A DNA stretch of 63,863 nucleotides, filler included, from Vannella sp. (lineage: Eukaryota): the NCBI GenBank assembly GCA_023345925.1. It is 6 parts of 6 records of this genome, joined end to end, with 100 filler letters (N's around TTAATTAATTAA, not from the genome) between each part and the next. Parts side by side here need not be neighbours in the genome. Positions count along the whole stretch, not along the records: positions 20,780 to 39,400 come from JAJQQN010000831.1; 5 more parts are not named here. One strand, written 5' to 3'. Both the position numbers and the translations under genes were made by a program. Below, piece by piece: positions 23,701 to 34,602 of the stretch (positions within the stretch are counted from its first letter, which is position 1; each line of letters starts with the position of its first letter). Under the pieces are notes generated by a model, which did not search any database, was not told where the DNA came from, and saw only the letters and a program-made list of their open reading frames with translations.

Positions 23701-25526
23701 TGGAGTTTGGTGGCAACGCACTGCTTGTGTGGACGAAATCTGATCTTCAGATTCTCAAGGGTGACTTGGTAACCAAAGGGGATTCCATCACCAGCTTTGA
23801 TGAATCTCGTATCTTAATCTCGGGCGGAAATCTCCATTTCAGGGAGAAGAGCGTCGTACAAATTGCTCAGGGAACAGTGCAGATCAATGTCGGCAGTATC
23901 AACTTCAATGGCAACTCGCAGGTCACTTTAACCTCCCCCTCTGTGGACATCAAAGAAGGCAACATGCGGTTCTCTGGACAAGCTTCTGCTGTGTTCCGAG
24001 GTAGCAACGTCAACATTGACGGCCGGCTGAGTTGCGTTGGGTCATCCAGTGCGCTTTTCGTAGCTTCTGATGTTTTGATCACTTCAGGGGATCTTGTTGT
24101 GTCAGACAATGCTCGCCTCTCTTATCAACAAGGCAAGATTGTCATTGACGGAGGTTCCTTCAACTCCGGAGACTCTTCAGAAGTGGCAATAGACAACTCG
24201 CAGATCTTTTTGAAACAAGGCGACCTTCGTATCCAAGACCAAAGCGCCTTTAGAATGCAGGATTCAACGTTTGTCATCGAGAAAGGTGATTTTACCGCCT
24301 TCAATCCAACGAAGGAGCGGAGCTCGATTATTCTTATCGACTCTGAGCTGGCCGTTCTCGGCAATCCTTCTTCCCGTGGTAATATGAATCTCCAAGAGAA
24401 CGTCGAATTGGTTTTGCGGTCTTCCAATGCCCTGATTGAAGGCAATCTGACTTTGACCGGCAATGCGAGTTTGGCAGTATTGGAAAAGTCTTCCTTCGTC
24501 ATCAGTAACGGAACGGTCCGTATGAGTGCTCTCTCAACGATTGATGTGGATCAGACATCTATGTTCCTCAATAAGGGGCATTTAACGGCTCCAGGAAGCA
24601 TCCGAGCTCCGGCTGGCGCGTCATTGACAAACTCTGGAACTATGGAGTCCAACCACGACTTGATTGTCAACTGCTTCCCGGATCTAGTTGGCCGCCAACC
24701 CTTCGAAAATACGGGCTCCCTGATCTTGGGTTCTACTGGGCGCTCTCGACCTCTGATGGCTTGCCTGGATCATATAGAGCACAGTGGAAACCTCCGCCTC
24801 GTTTCCACAAACGTCAGCATCAATCGCATGACCACTACCCCGAACTCTAACATCGCTTTGGACAAGTCTACTATCAGAATGGGCCAGACCTTTGAGAGTG
24901 AGGGCTCACTTGTAGGAACCGGCTCCATCGAAGGAAGCCTCTCCAATGGCGCAACAGCATCTATCTTGGCTTGGAGTGAGCAAGAGCCGACCCGCCTTAA
25001 TGTGACTGCTCAATTCAATAGCAGCGGTACAATCTACTTCTACATCCAATCCCACAACAGCACAACCTTAATCAACGCAGGAAACGACGTTCATCTTCAA
25101 GGAGGGCGAGTGTGCGTTTGCTTAGCTGCAAACGAGGAATTTGCTACCGGAGATCAGTTCGACTTGATTGTTTCCGAGACCAAACTGAAGGGTGAATTCG
25201 ACAAAGTGGATTTCAACTGTCAAGATTGCCCAAAACGCAACGCAAAGTCTGTAGCATCGTATGACCGTTCCTGCAAACCTGGCGCCAGCTATGGAGGAGT
25301 AAACTTTGCTATCATCCTCGGCTCCTGTGGGAGCGATGACTATGAAAAACGGGTCTCCCCTCCTTGGTATGTCATCTTCCCTGTCAGCGTTACGATTATC
25401 TGCTGCCTGATTTTGGTGTTCGGTGGCGCTCTCGTGATTGAGAAACGCATCCTTGACAAGAAAAAGGGTAAGAGATCGCTAGAGCGCCGAGCAGAACAGA
25501 TATCCATGATGAGAGTGGACACCTAA
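20781..25526 (+). CDS. giant Ser/Gly-rich beta-solenoid surface protein with autotransporter-passenger-like C-terminal region, Cys-rich neck and single C-terminal TM; 5' truncated
   Basis: Uninterrupted ORF of >1580 aa with ~22-23-aa repeats (SSFxISGGxLxMxxxSxL), TM PWYVIFPVSVTIICCLILVFGGALVI and a basic tail. Confidence 0.85.
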   Translation, partial: TEASSFSISGGNFVMDQASGLTTEQSSFSIEGGSVVMNMGSVAALADNSTFSVLAGSLTMSGTSNLHLANASSFVISGGNFVMEGNSGLSTEQSSFSIEGGSVVMNMGSTATLADSSTFSVLGGSLTLNSTSNLHLTEESSFTISNGNFVMDQGSVLEAEESSFTVAGGSVELSSSSSLSLTRGSNLFITNGSLIVDGVANISMADGSSLSMSGGNFALDSSSDMIMAESSFNISGGSVTMDLSSSLTILSNSNFFVTGGSMTMEQNALIDMADRSTFSISGGGLIMDDAAQLKMAESSFVISAGSLELNKNSSLIMNQNSDFAVTGGSLTMEVNAALTIVRGSSFELSAGSVLANANSAIRLSEGSSFSVSGGSLTMNADTQLALVEDSSFTISGGDLQMSSLSSLTLAESSFALAGGSVSMTSSTFINMFGSSNFTVSQGSLIMDSTSIIEIAGDSSMTVSGGSFGMSASTILNLSGGSLLSVSGGDVSLIDSSSIQLVQSTLSVTQGNFGLSDNTDATLSESVISISGGNVLFDNDSTFQSVASTMSISCGFAIYDDRAVFEATGTSILIDNSKCIQSRLSNPISKDDSLVFGGEAFFNISQNTQVQVLRGNFAFVESGHSSVVDSKISVLGGNINLGDVSSHSFARSDVTIEAGSLSISGNSAASFIDNAAILVKGGDFSVHGQAVVLLTDSVASISQGNALFRGSEANWIRSTLQVSGNGNIQFGITSTSLFQEAKMSLSGSGLLELLESAVIDVRSSDITVEGGTFLISGSAKIDILASTYTINGGQTSYEADSKIAIHESVLSVTAGDVLLSGNSLLELGEGTTYKVTGGNFKSTGTSKLLLSGGSCFDLQQGSVGYGGISSTVLSSSCWNITGGNAVVSDYASYELNGESFLSITRGSLTAQDGATFTVDNSRILIDGGSFTALNSTYLGIVNGGIVQVNSGNAAFLGQVTASIDNSQFSVDGGFVEFGGNALLVWTKSDLQILKGDLVTKGDSITSFDESRILISGGNLHFREKSVVQIAQGTVQINVGSINFNGNSQVTLTSPSVDIKEGNMRFSGQASAVFRGSNVNIDGRLSCVGSSSALFVASDVLITSGDLVVSDNARLSYQQGKIVIDGGSFNSGDSSEVAIDNSQIFLKQGDLRIQDQSAFRMQDSTFVIEKGDFTAFNPTKERSSIILIDSELAVLGNPSSRGNMNLQENVELVLRSSNALIEGNLTLTGNASLAVLEKSSFVISNGTVRMSALSTIDVDQTSMFLNKGHLTAPGSIRAPAGASLTNSGTMESNHDLIVNCFPDLVGRQPFENTGSLILGSTGRSRPLMACLDHIEHSGNLRLVSTNVSINRMTTTPNSNIALDKSTIRMGQTFESEGSLVGTGSIEGSLSNGATASILAWSEQEPTRLNVTAQFNSSGTIYFYIQSHNSTTLINAGNDVHLQGGRVCVCLAANEEFATGDQFDLIVSETKLKGEFDKVDFNCQDCPKRNAKSVASYDRSCKPGASYGGVNFAIILGSCGSDDYEKRVSPPWYVIFPVSVTIICCLILVFGGALVIEKRILDKKKGKRSLERRAEQISMMRVDT
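20830..21240 (+). repeat. near-identical ~204-bp (68-aa) tandem duplication inside the adhesin
   Basis: acagaacaatcttcattctc..atcgagggaggaagcgttgtgatgaa.atgggatct occurs at ~20847 and ~21051. Confidence 0.85.
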
Positions 25527-25610
25527 TCCACTTCTTTTCATCGGTCCTGAGCGGTTTGAATCACTTAACTAAATACTCTTTTTCATTTCACAAGCCGTAA
25601 GAGAAGGCTC

Positions 25611-28115
25611 CTACTTTCCGAAGCCAAAGAAGGTTCGTTTCCTTTTCGCTTTGTAATCTACAACGGCTGGAGTCGAAGATCGTTCGCTGTTAATAGTTGC
25701 GGAGCGGGTTTTGAGAACGTGAACGAGCGGCGGGTCCTCTTCAGCAAGGGTCTCGTTTTCTGCTTCATCCTGAGCTCCGAATTGGATTTTTCCTGATTTC
25801 CGCAAAGCCTTCATCCTATTGGTGTTGATGGAAGGAAGACTGCCTCCCCGGATGATAGTGGATCTTCGCCGCGCTTTCCTTGTCATTCGTAGTCCACACT
25901 CCTCTTCAGATAAGTGTGGGAGACAGCGAATGAAATCTTGAAGGAGAATATAACTGCGAAGGCAATAGGGAGTGACTTGGCCCTTTTGCACTTGCTTGAC
26001 TATGTTTGCAACGTAACTGAAGAAAATGAGTTTTGATGGTGTCAAGAAGGTCCTGTCTAAGTCAACCTACATAATCTTTGCCACGTTGATAAGGCCATCT
26101 TCCGTTAAGTTTGATTCGCCTTCTTTAAAGGTAAGCCCACTTAAATACCTGTTCCATGGTAATGAGTCTCGAATCTACTGTCGAAAGTGGCTTACATTCC
26201 CAAGTAGGGGATTGCAGGGGGCAATGCAGCGGCAGTCCTCTCTCGCAACGCCGAAAAATTGTCGTCCAGTCTCATTACTTCAGTTACCTCCTCCCATTGG
26301 TCCCAAGAAGTTGATGGCAAATCATTCTATCACCAAGAATGTGAGTACAATGCTCCCTAGTCCACTTGTGTGGCTTGTTCGTACCCAAGTTTCCTTCATC
26401 TTGCTCACTGTGCTGCTCTTTAAGCCCGAGACCATAGCCATCGCGCCATTATAGTTTTGCAGTCGCAGGCTTTCAAAAGCAATCTCAATTAAGCAGGAGA
26501 GTTCCTTCACCTTTTGGTTTGCCTTGTGGGCACTGAGAAGCTGAGTTATAACCCATTGTCCCACACTATTGAACTGCTTAATCATCCTTAGGATGTTGGG
26601 CGAAGTTAGCTCCTTATTTGATTTGGTCCAATTCATATGCAGAAGCTCTCCCGGTTGAATGGCGCGGAATAAGTGATGGTCGACCAATGCCATTTGCCGG
26701 GCGAACTCAAGAGGGTTCAGATCTTCCATTAGAATCTCTGAAGGTGATTTGATGTGTTTGGGAAGCTTCTTAGTCTTGGGTGGGGAACTATCGAACTGCA
26801 TTTGCTCTTGTGCCAGGATGGAATCTCCCTTTTCCAAATGATTCTGTAAGTAATTCACTAAATTACTCGCAGCGGACTCAAGAACGGGTTGAATTGAGTC
26901 CTGTGCTATACTCCTCAAAGTTTGCTCCACAGATGGGTCATGCAAGTTTGCACAAGATTGGGTTTCAATCCAAAGCTTCATCACATTAACCACTTTCAAA
27001 AGCGCAATCTTTGTCTCCGCTGCTTTTGGCCCAGAAGTACTGAGCTTTAAAGACAACATGTCGAATCTTTGTCGGAGAAGTTCTAAAAACTCGCTATGAG
27101 AGCTTGTATAATAGCTACAAGTCAAAATCAGACTCGTCCGAAAGCCAATATCTGAACCAGTACTTTAGCAGTCACCTCCACCAGCTCCCCTCTCATCTCA
27201 CCTGTTAAGTTGTCTGAAAGGATATAAATGATCTTCTCTGTGGTCGCTGCAATCAAAACGGGCTCCTGAGAATCGCCAGGAGGCTGAATGTATCTCATTA
27301 GTTTGGGATTCTGGTCCTCAAACGGGTCTCTTCGCATGCTTTTGGTCCGGCTACGGTCTTTCATGGATGAAGGGTCCTTCAGCTTGTGTCCTAAGTGAAG
27401 AAGGAGCCAACCGTACACGTCCTCTTGGATTTCTGTGATGAGATCGACTTGGTACTCCATCTGGCTCCCTGAGCATGTAAATCGATCTCTGATAGTACTA
27501 GGGACGTCAGGGTGGTCTGTGTACTTCCTATGGAACTGGTAGACCATCGTATTGGCTACCACGCGGTCTGCACCGTCCTGCAAGCGCAGGAAGCGATCAG
27601 CTTCTTGCCACATCTCTATCATGATCTTCTCGTCGTCTGTAGCCTCCTTTTTGAGGCCTGCCAAGCTTGCAGAGTGTCGAAGTGCGCGGGAAAGGCGATC
27701 TCGAAGAGCCGCCTCGTCCAGAGGAGCGTTTGCTTCTGACTTGCTGTGTATCTTGTTCTTCCTCACTTTGACATTGTCTTTCCACCCATTCCGCGGCGTA
27801 ACAGACTCACAACCGATGGGAGAGCTGGTCACGGCGTCTTTCTCGGCGGTTATAGCTGTTCCCCTTCGAGGAAGGCGTGTCGTTGGATGCTTGTCGTTTG
27901 TAGATGGCAGTTCTCCATTCATTACGGCCTCCACTGGCGCAGGGAAGGTGTTCAGTCGATACATTTGATACGGGCGGGCTCCCTTGGCCATATGCAACGC
28001 GGGGACGTCCTGCAACCCTCGCAAAAGCTGCTCCCTCCTAGTCCTATCACCCCGCCATCAGTACAGCCCCCCTCGCAACCGAAGCAACCAACGAGGGCAG
28101 AGGAACCGGGTCCAT
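25611..28115 (-). CDS. RGS-like + RasGEF_N + RasGEF protein
   Basis: IEMWQEADRF...FHRKY (RGS-like); LIAATTEKII; KVVNVMKLWIE; NPLEFARQMALVDH; LQNYNGAMAMVSGL; PCNPLLG. Start codon inferred from a spliced model. Confidence 0.8.
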
Positions 28116-28191
28116 CCCACCGGCCAACCAAAAACTGCCCAAGAGAGCTCTCCCAAGTCCAAGAAGCCTTCATTATACAAGTTGATCACTA

Positions 28192-30129
28192 TTACACCAC
28201 TTTGCGGGCCTGAGAAGTGAGGAAAAGGTAGCGGGCGTTGACTTGTTCGGGGGAACAGCCGAGAGTCGTTCCAAGCTCCTCCCAGACGACAGGGAGCTCG
28301 TTGGTACGGTGGGCTTTAGCAGCTAGAAGTATCTCGCGATCCTGTTCTCGTTTCCAGTTCATCGGCGCTCCCTCCCGGGAAGTGGCATTCTCGGAAGTGG
28401 ACTCGTCCTCGCTATCAGAGAGGTCAGACTCTTCGTAGAAGCTCTCAGACTGATCTTCTTGGGTGTCTTCTAAAGAATACTCCTCTCCGCTGTCCAAACT
28501 CTCAGCATTCTCGGAGGTTCGTAAGTTATGTCGAGTGTTTCGGTCAAACACCTCTTCAATTAAGCTTGTTCCAGCTAACTCTGGATGATGAGAAGGATAA
28601 TCGAAGACTTCTTTTTGGAAGTGAGATGTCTCAAGATATCGGTTCTCCCTGTCCATCTCATAAAGCACGTCATTGACATCCCGATTCTGGCTTTTGGCCC
28701 TCTTGGAGGCTTCCCGATATTGTTTTAAGGGGTTATCACCTGCCTTGGTCCCACTGCGGTTCTTATAGCGATGAATAAGCTGGTCAGCAGTCTTGGAAGG
28801 GAGCAAATGCTTCTGGATAGAAGCAAAGCCCCGCGGACCAAACCGCCTAAGTCCAACGGCCAAAACTGCATCTTCTCCATCTGTGAAGCGCAGTTTGCCA
28901 GTGATGCTTCTGTCTGAAGAGAAATGAGGGGAAGGAAATACGAAGAGTCAGTCTTACCGCAAATGCCAATCTCATAACGAGCATCTTCGTCCACCATTGG
29001 TCGGAACTCTGATAAGAGCTCGTTCAGTTCAGCTGTTGATAAAGAAGAGTTCAAGGGGACTGTTGTGGGAGACTGGAATGGCTCTATGAAAGGGTTCAGC
29101 TTTGAGATTTGGTCAAGAAGAGGAATGTCGAAGACGCTCAGCCTCCTCCTTGGCTCCATCTGCAGTTGGTTGATGGAATATCCCTCCTCATAATTCCCTG
29201 AATGCTTAATACCCAACGTTGCCTGCCTTCGCTCTTGGAGTAGACACAATTTGGACCACATACGAATCACCACAGATTGCAATCCTTCTTGAATAGCACG
29301 GAGGAGCGTTTGTATCAACACATAAGCAAAGTTATCCATCATTCTTCGTATTTTTAGGTGATGAGTCACCCCCAGAAGGTGGAACCGACTCGGCCCGTCA
29401 GGGTCTTCCGAAAACCCCGAATTAGTGACTCTTCCACTCGGGAGTAGCGGTCGCATCAGACGGTGCATTGCAACTTCTCGGTCTGTTCTAGGTGTCTCTC
29501 TGACGAAGAAAGCTGGGTCAAAAGCGATTGGGGAAGGGAGAGATTGGTTCGTTGTTCCAAACACTCCCGTGTGAGACCGAGCCAATTCTTCTAACTCAGC
29601 TCCTGTTACGAGTGAATGAGTACGCTTTGTGATAGTAGAATGGACTTCTTACTCGAGACCTGGACGCCGCGGTCACGCCGATACTCTCCAATCTCTCCAC
29701 GGACATCAAGATCATCAGGGTCCTCATCAGGAGTGTAGTCTGGGTCCTCCTCTTCCATAACTGCGTCGATAGGGAGGTCCTCTGTCCCAAAGAGAGAGTC
29801 TAAGAAGCTCTGATATTCAGGGTCCCTGATAAACAGGTCTATTTCACGGCTTGGTGTCTCATATGGATCAGCACGGTCTCCCTGTGGACCACCCCCTTCT
29901 GGGACCGATGTGAGGTGGCCCCATGGGGCTACCGGTGAGCTATTCTGGTGGCCAGCACCCCCCAAACGAGACCCTCTTCCCGGGGAAGAAGAGAAGGGCT
30001 CCGCTCCTCGTAATCTAGACCGGACACGAGGTGGCTCATGCTGTTCCCCGCTCAACGAAGGCGATCTCTGCGCGCAGGTCAACAAGGGAAGGACGGTGAC
30101 CGAGGAACAACACCAACCCTGCGCTTCAT
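28192..30129 (-). CDS. GON4L/YY1AP1-like Myb/SANT transcriptional cofactor
   Basis: EEEDPDY...EYRRDRGVQVS; FTDGEDAVLAVGLRRFG...IQKHLLPSKTADQL..RYKN; C-terminal WKREQDREIL. Confidence 0.75.
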
Positions 30130-30679
30130 TGCCTCTGGGGGCTTAATAAATGACCCAAAGCAGGGAATCTGACACTCCCACTCGCTGGAAGCCTTTTTAG
30201 AGCTCATTTCATGTCGGCCCTTCATTCCGTCGAGTCCTTGCTGGGGGATGATGTGAGGGCGAGATAGGAGGGTCATGGGGGTATCTATGACTGATTTGTT
30301 GGGATGGGGCATGTGCAGTTGGCCTTGGGGGAGTACAACCCGGAGGAACTGAAGCGAGGTTCGTCCCCAAACCAGAAGCGAAGGAGAAGGCTCACTCCTT
30401 CTCAGATTTAGATCGCCTGACAGAAGGACAACTTGTTGAGCGTATCAAAGTCATTGAGTACTGGAGCTACGAGCTCAGTTTGATGGAAGGCAAGTCAAAG
30501 AGATTGAAAAGCCCACACCACCCCCAATTAATTTGTTTTCCAGAACGAGAATTAACTCGTGGAGAGAAGTTGAATATTCTCCAATCCTGAATGATCCGTC
30601 TGTGTCGTAATAATGATGTAATTGTTGTTTGTTGTACTCCTCTGTGGACCACCCTTCAGTTCGCTCTGTGTTGGTGGTG

Positions 30680-32020
30680 ATGGCGCGGAAGAAGATTAGA
30701 GAGTATCATGGAAAGCACATCCTCAAGAACCACATTAAGAAGCACTCGAAGCTCTCCTTCTCGGCCAAGGTGAAGCCTGTTCTCATTACCAAAGAGACCA
30801 TCGAGACGGGCTGGAAGAAACTGAAGACGGACCACCCTTGGTTGCTGGAAGAGAAGCTGGTGGTTAAGCCAGACATGCTGTTTGGTAAACGCGGCAAGTA
30901 TGGTCTTGTTAAGGTCAACGCCACCATTGATGAGGTCAAGGAGTTTGTTGCTGAGCGTATCGAGAAGCTTTTCCAGATTGGTGATGTGGAGGGTGTTCTG
31001 ACTCACTGGATCATTGAGCCCTTTGTCCCTCATGATGTGGAGTTCTACTTTTCCATCGAGTCTCACCGCGAGCACACTTCGATCCACTTCTCTCCAAAGG
31101 GTGGTGTCGATGTGGAAGAGAACTGGGACGCTGTCCGCACTCTTGATGTGCCCGTTGGAGAAACCGTGGAGTCGAAGCCCAAGGAGGAGTTGGAGAAGTT
31201 TATGGAAGGGGTTCCTGAGAACTTCCGTGCTGCTGCAATGGCTTACATCACCGCCATGTTCTCCCTCTTTGAGGAACTGGACTTTGTGTCAATTGAGACC
31301 AACCCTTTCACCTTGATCAAGGCCGAGGACGGCGAGGAGGAGAATGCAGTGGATGGTTGGCAACCCGTTCCCCTGGACATGTGCGCGGAGGTTGATGATA
31401 CAGCCTTGTTCAAGCAGGTCCGAAACTGGGGCGACATGGTCTTCCCAGATGTGTTGGGCAACCACAAGTCAGAAGCAGAGAAGATCGTGGAGGATCTGGA
31501 CGCCAAAACTGGAGCCTCATTGAAGCTTACTCTCCTTCGCCCAGCCCCTCAAGGGCGCATCTGGACTCTGGTCGCTGGAGGAGGTGCCTCTGTGATCTTT
31601 GCCGACACTGTCGTCGATCTCAAGTACGCAGAGATGCTCGGCAACTACGGAGAGTACTCTGGAGGACCCAACGCAGAGCAGACTTATGAGTACGCCCGTA
31701 CTGTTCTCAAGATCGCCACTGCCAACCCTGACAAGCAAGGACGCGTGCTCTTGATCGGAGGAGGCATTGCCAACTTCACTGATGTTGCCAAAACCTTCAC
31801 TGGCATCGTTCACGCTCTTAAGGAGTACAAGGAGAGGTTAGTTGAGGCCAACTTCCGCATTTACGTCCGCAGAGCCGGTCCCAACTACAAGAAGGGCCTT
31901 CGTCTGATGAAAGACGTTGGAAAGGAGCTTGGCATTCCCCTCTTTGTTTATGGCCCCGAGCGCACCATGACTGAGATCATCCCCATGGCCATCGACTACA
32001 TCAAAGAAACCACCGCATAA
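30680..32020 (+). CDS. ACLA: ATP-citrate lyase, ATP-grasp/citrate-binding subunit (ACLA-type, two-subunit enzyme)
   Basis: MARKKIREYHGK, LVVKPDMLFGKRGK, GASLKLT, VAGGGASVIFADT, NYGEYSG, IGGGIANFTDVA, VRRAGPNY. Intronless. Confidence 0.95.
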   Translation: MARKKIREYHGKHILKNHIKKHSKLSFSAKVKPVLITKETIETGWKKLKTDHPWLLEEKLVVKPDMLFGKRGKYGLVKVNATIDEVKEFVAERIEKLFQIGDVEGVLTHWIIEPFVPHDVEFYFSIESHREHTSIHFSPKGGVDVEENWDAVRTLDVPVGETVESKPKEELEKFMEGVPENFRAAAMAYITAMFSLFEELDFVSIETNPFTLIKAEDGEEENAVDGWQPVPLDMCAEVDDTALFKQVRNWGDMVFPDVLGNHKSEAEKIVEDLDAKTGASLKLTLLRPAPQGRIWTLVAGGGASVIFADTVVDLKYAEMLGNYGEYSGGPNAEQTYEYARTVLKIATANPDKQGRVLLIGGGIANFTDVAKTFTGIVHALKEYKERLVEANFRIYVRRAGPNYKKGLRLMKDVGKELGIPLFVYGPERTMTEIIPMAIDYIKETTA

Positions 32021-32092
32021 ATGCCCTTTGCCTGCCCCACTAGAACCCTCTCACACGCTTCCTCATCCACTCCCATTCCCAAGTGCGTAAAC

Positions 32093-33489
32093 ATGCACAA
32101 AGAAGAGAAGGGCAAGCAAGATCGACTGAAGGTCCCACGAACGGGTGATTGGAAGGATCAAATGCTATCCCGATCATCAGCATAGCCGAAATGAGGTCAG
32201 TTTGGATAAAAATGGAGGTCCGGAAGGGTCATTTGCTGGTGGGATGGAGGTCGCCCAGGCTGTCCCTTACAAGGTGGAGGGAGGAAAGGGTATCCCCCAT
32301 GAAGTTGGTGCAGACGAGGTGGTTGTAAACGAGCTATTTGATCTCTCCTACACCGACTACCACTTCTACAAGGAGAAGTTCCTTGAGAAAGGTTTGCCTT
32401 TGCTGCCGTTGTGCCCTCCTCTTACCATTCACACCTGCTTTCCGATGTAGAACATCTCAACTTCCTCTATCTGAATCCAGAGAACTCCATGGCACTCTCT
32501 ATCGTCCGAAATGAGGATCGTAGTTATACCGCCCTTTTGAGGATGTGCGACCGCAACGAGCGTTTGGAGATCCCTGAGGATAGAGTTAGAGCCTCGTTCC
32601 TTCGTAATCTCCTCGGAATGGGTCCTTCCAACAGCAACTACATCAGGGCTGTGAGGGCCACCTTGCCCGCAGCAGAGTTTAGGAGAGTCACCAAGCCTGA
32701 GCTGCCTGCCTCCCTACTCGAGTTTGAGGAAAAGCAAACCATCAAGGGGTTCAAGTTTGGCCTGCTTTACTGCGCCCCAGACCAAGTTCGCGAAGATGAG
32801 ATGTTCGCCAATGGTGGGTTTGCTTGATCAACGACTCCCGTGCCCACTAACACATCTCCTTGTGTTCAGAACATGGAAGTCCTGAGTTTGAGGCATTTTT
32901 GGACTTCCTGGGTGATCGAGTGGAGCTGCAGGGATGGAACCGCTTCCGTGCCGGTCTTGATGTGACCAGTAAGTTGCTCTTTCTACTCCCCTTTGTTCGT
33001 GTTGATGTTGATTGCAATCAAGATGGATCTACAGGGGAGCATTCTATCTTCTTGGAGTTCAACAACAACGAGATCATGTTCCACGTCTCCACCTTGCTCC
33101 CACACAACGAACTAGACAAACAGAAGCTCGAGAAGAAGCGCCACATCGGTAATGATCTGGTCGTCATCATCTTCCAAGAGGGCGATCAAGTCTACCGTCC
33201 AACCACTCTCAGCTCTCGGCAAGTGCAGGTAGTCTTCCTCATCAAGCCAGAGCTCATTGATGGAGAACCTTGCTACCGCTTAGCTATCGTCCGTAGATCA
33301 GACGTTCCTCCCTTCGAGCCAATGCTCCCAGAGGAAGCGGTGTTCAAGCCCAACCCTGAGTTCCACGAGTTCTTGTTCACGAAGCTCCTGAACGCAGAGA
33401 AGGCAGCATACACTGCCAAAGACATTGGTACAAAGCTTCGGAGAACTCGTACTGCCCTCTTGGAGGACCTGGCAAAGCGGCACTTGTGA
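32093..33489 (+). CDS. Rap/Ran-GAP domain protein
   Basis: FKFGLLY...EDEMFAN, FLDFLGDRVEL.GW..FRAGLD, EIMFHVSTLLP, KKRHIGND. Confidence 0.93.
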
Positions 33490-33564
33490 TCAAGGAGCTC
33501 TCAACCGCTCTTTTGTGTATTTCTAGCTGCAATACAGCGCGATTCGTCATTCTTTACCGCGCTG

Positions 33565-34528
33565 ATGGAAGCTGCTGCATCTCTCAGCATCAGAGAGTTG
33601 AAAGAAGCCCTCATTCAACGAGGGATCGACTTCAGCGACTGTCTAGAGAAGTCAGACCTTGTTCGCAAGTACATTGCGACTACTCCTAAGCCGGGCATGG
33701 TTCATACCCGTGCGCAGACCATCGCAGGACTCTCTTGTGTTGTGTGGGATGTCGTGGGACAGGAGGAGAGCCCTAAGTTTGGTGTGGTGATCATGCACGG
33801 CTTTGGTGCAAACAAAGAGGATCTCCTTCCCATCGCCGCGCAGTTGGCCAACAACTGGGGCAAGGAAGGAAAGGTTCACCTTCGATGTATCGTTCCGGAC
33901 GGGCCCTTGTCTATGGGAGGGCAGAGCAGAGCTTGGTTCCCACTAGACTTTATGAAGCTGCTTACAACACCTCCAGACCAGTTGGCTCTGTCCACCATAC
34001 CAGGGATGGACGAGGCTTCTGACAAAGTGGCGTCCCTTGTGGACAGCCTTCGAAGCGAGTCCTTCAATGGAGTCTTCCTTTCAGGCTTTAGCCAAGGCGC
34101 GATCATGTCTGCCCACACTGCCTTCCGTATGTCTGATCCCTCCTTTGTGTTGGGATTAGGCCTTCTGAGTTGCGCTGTTCAATCCAAGGCATCATGGACT
34201 GAAGCACTCTCAGGTAAGCACTTCTTGGCATCTTCACCTCACCTCTTCATCACTGACCATGGCTCCAGGGTTTGCACACGCAAGAGTGCTTCTCTCTCAT
34301 GGCAAGAGCGACCCCGTCATCCCTTTCAACATGGGTCTCCTCATGAACGAAATGCTGACAACTGCAGGTGTTCCGTACGTATCCAACAACATCAACATCT
34401 ACTCCACTAACCAACCAACCAACAGAGTGGACTTCATCACATTTGAAGGAGGCCACACTATCCCCTTGGAAGTGATCCAGAAACTACTGAAATTAATTTC
34501 TGCCGTTGGAGAGGACCTGATTGAATAA
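33565..34528 (+). CDS. acyl-protein thioesterase/carboxylesterase (abhydrolase_2) with N-terminal SAP-like domain
   Basis: LSIRELKEALIQRGIDFSDCLEKSDLV; MHGFG, RAWF, GFSQG, HGKSDPVIP, GGHTI (Ser-Asp-His triad). Confidence 0.88.
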
Positions 34529-34602
34529 AAGAGATGTTGGTTGGTTACGCAAGGAAATTGATTGGGCTGGGTTGGTCATTCTTCTTCTCAGCCTTTTTGG
34601 AG

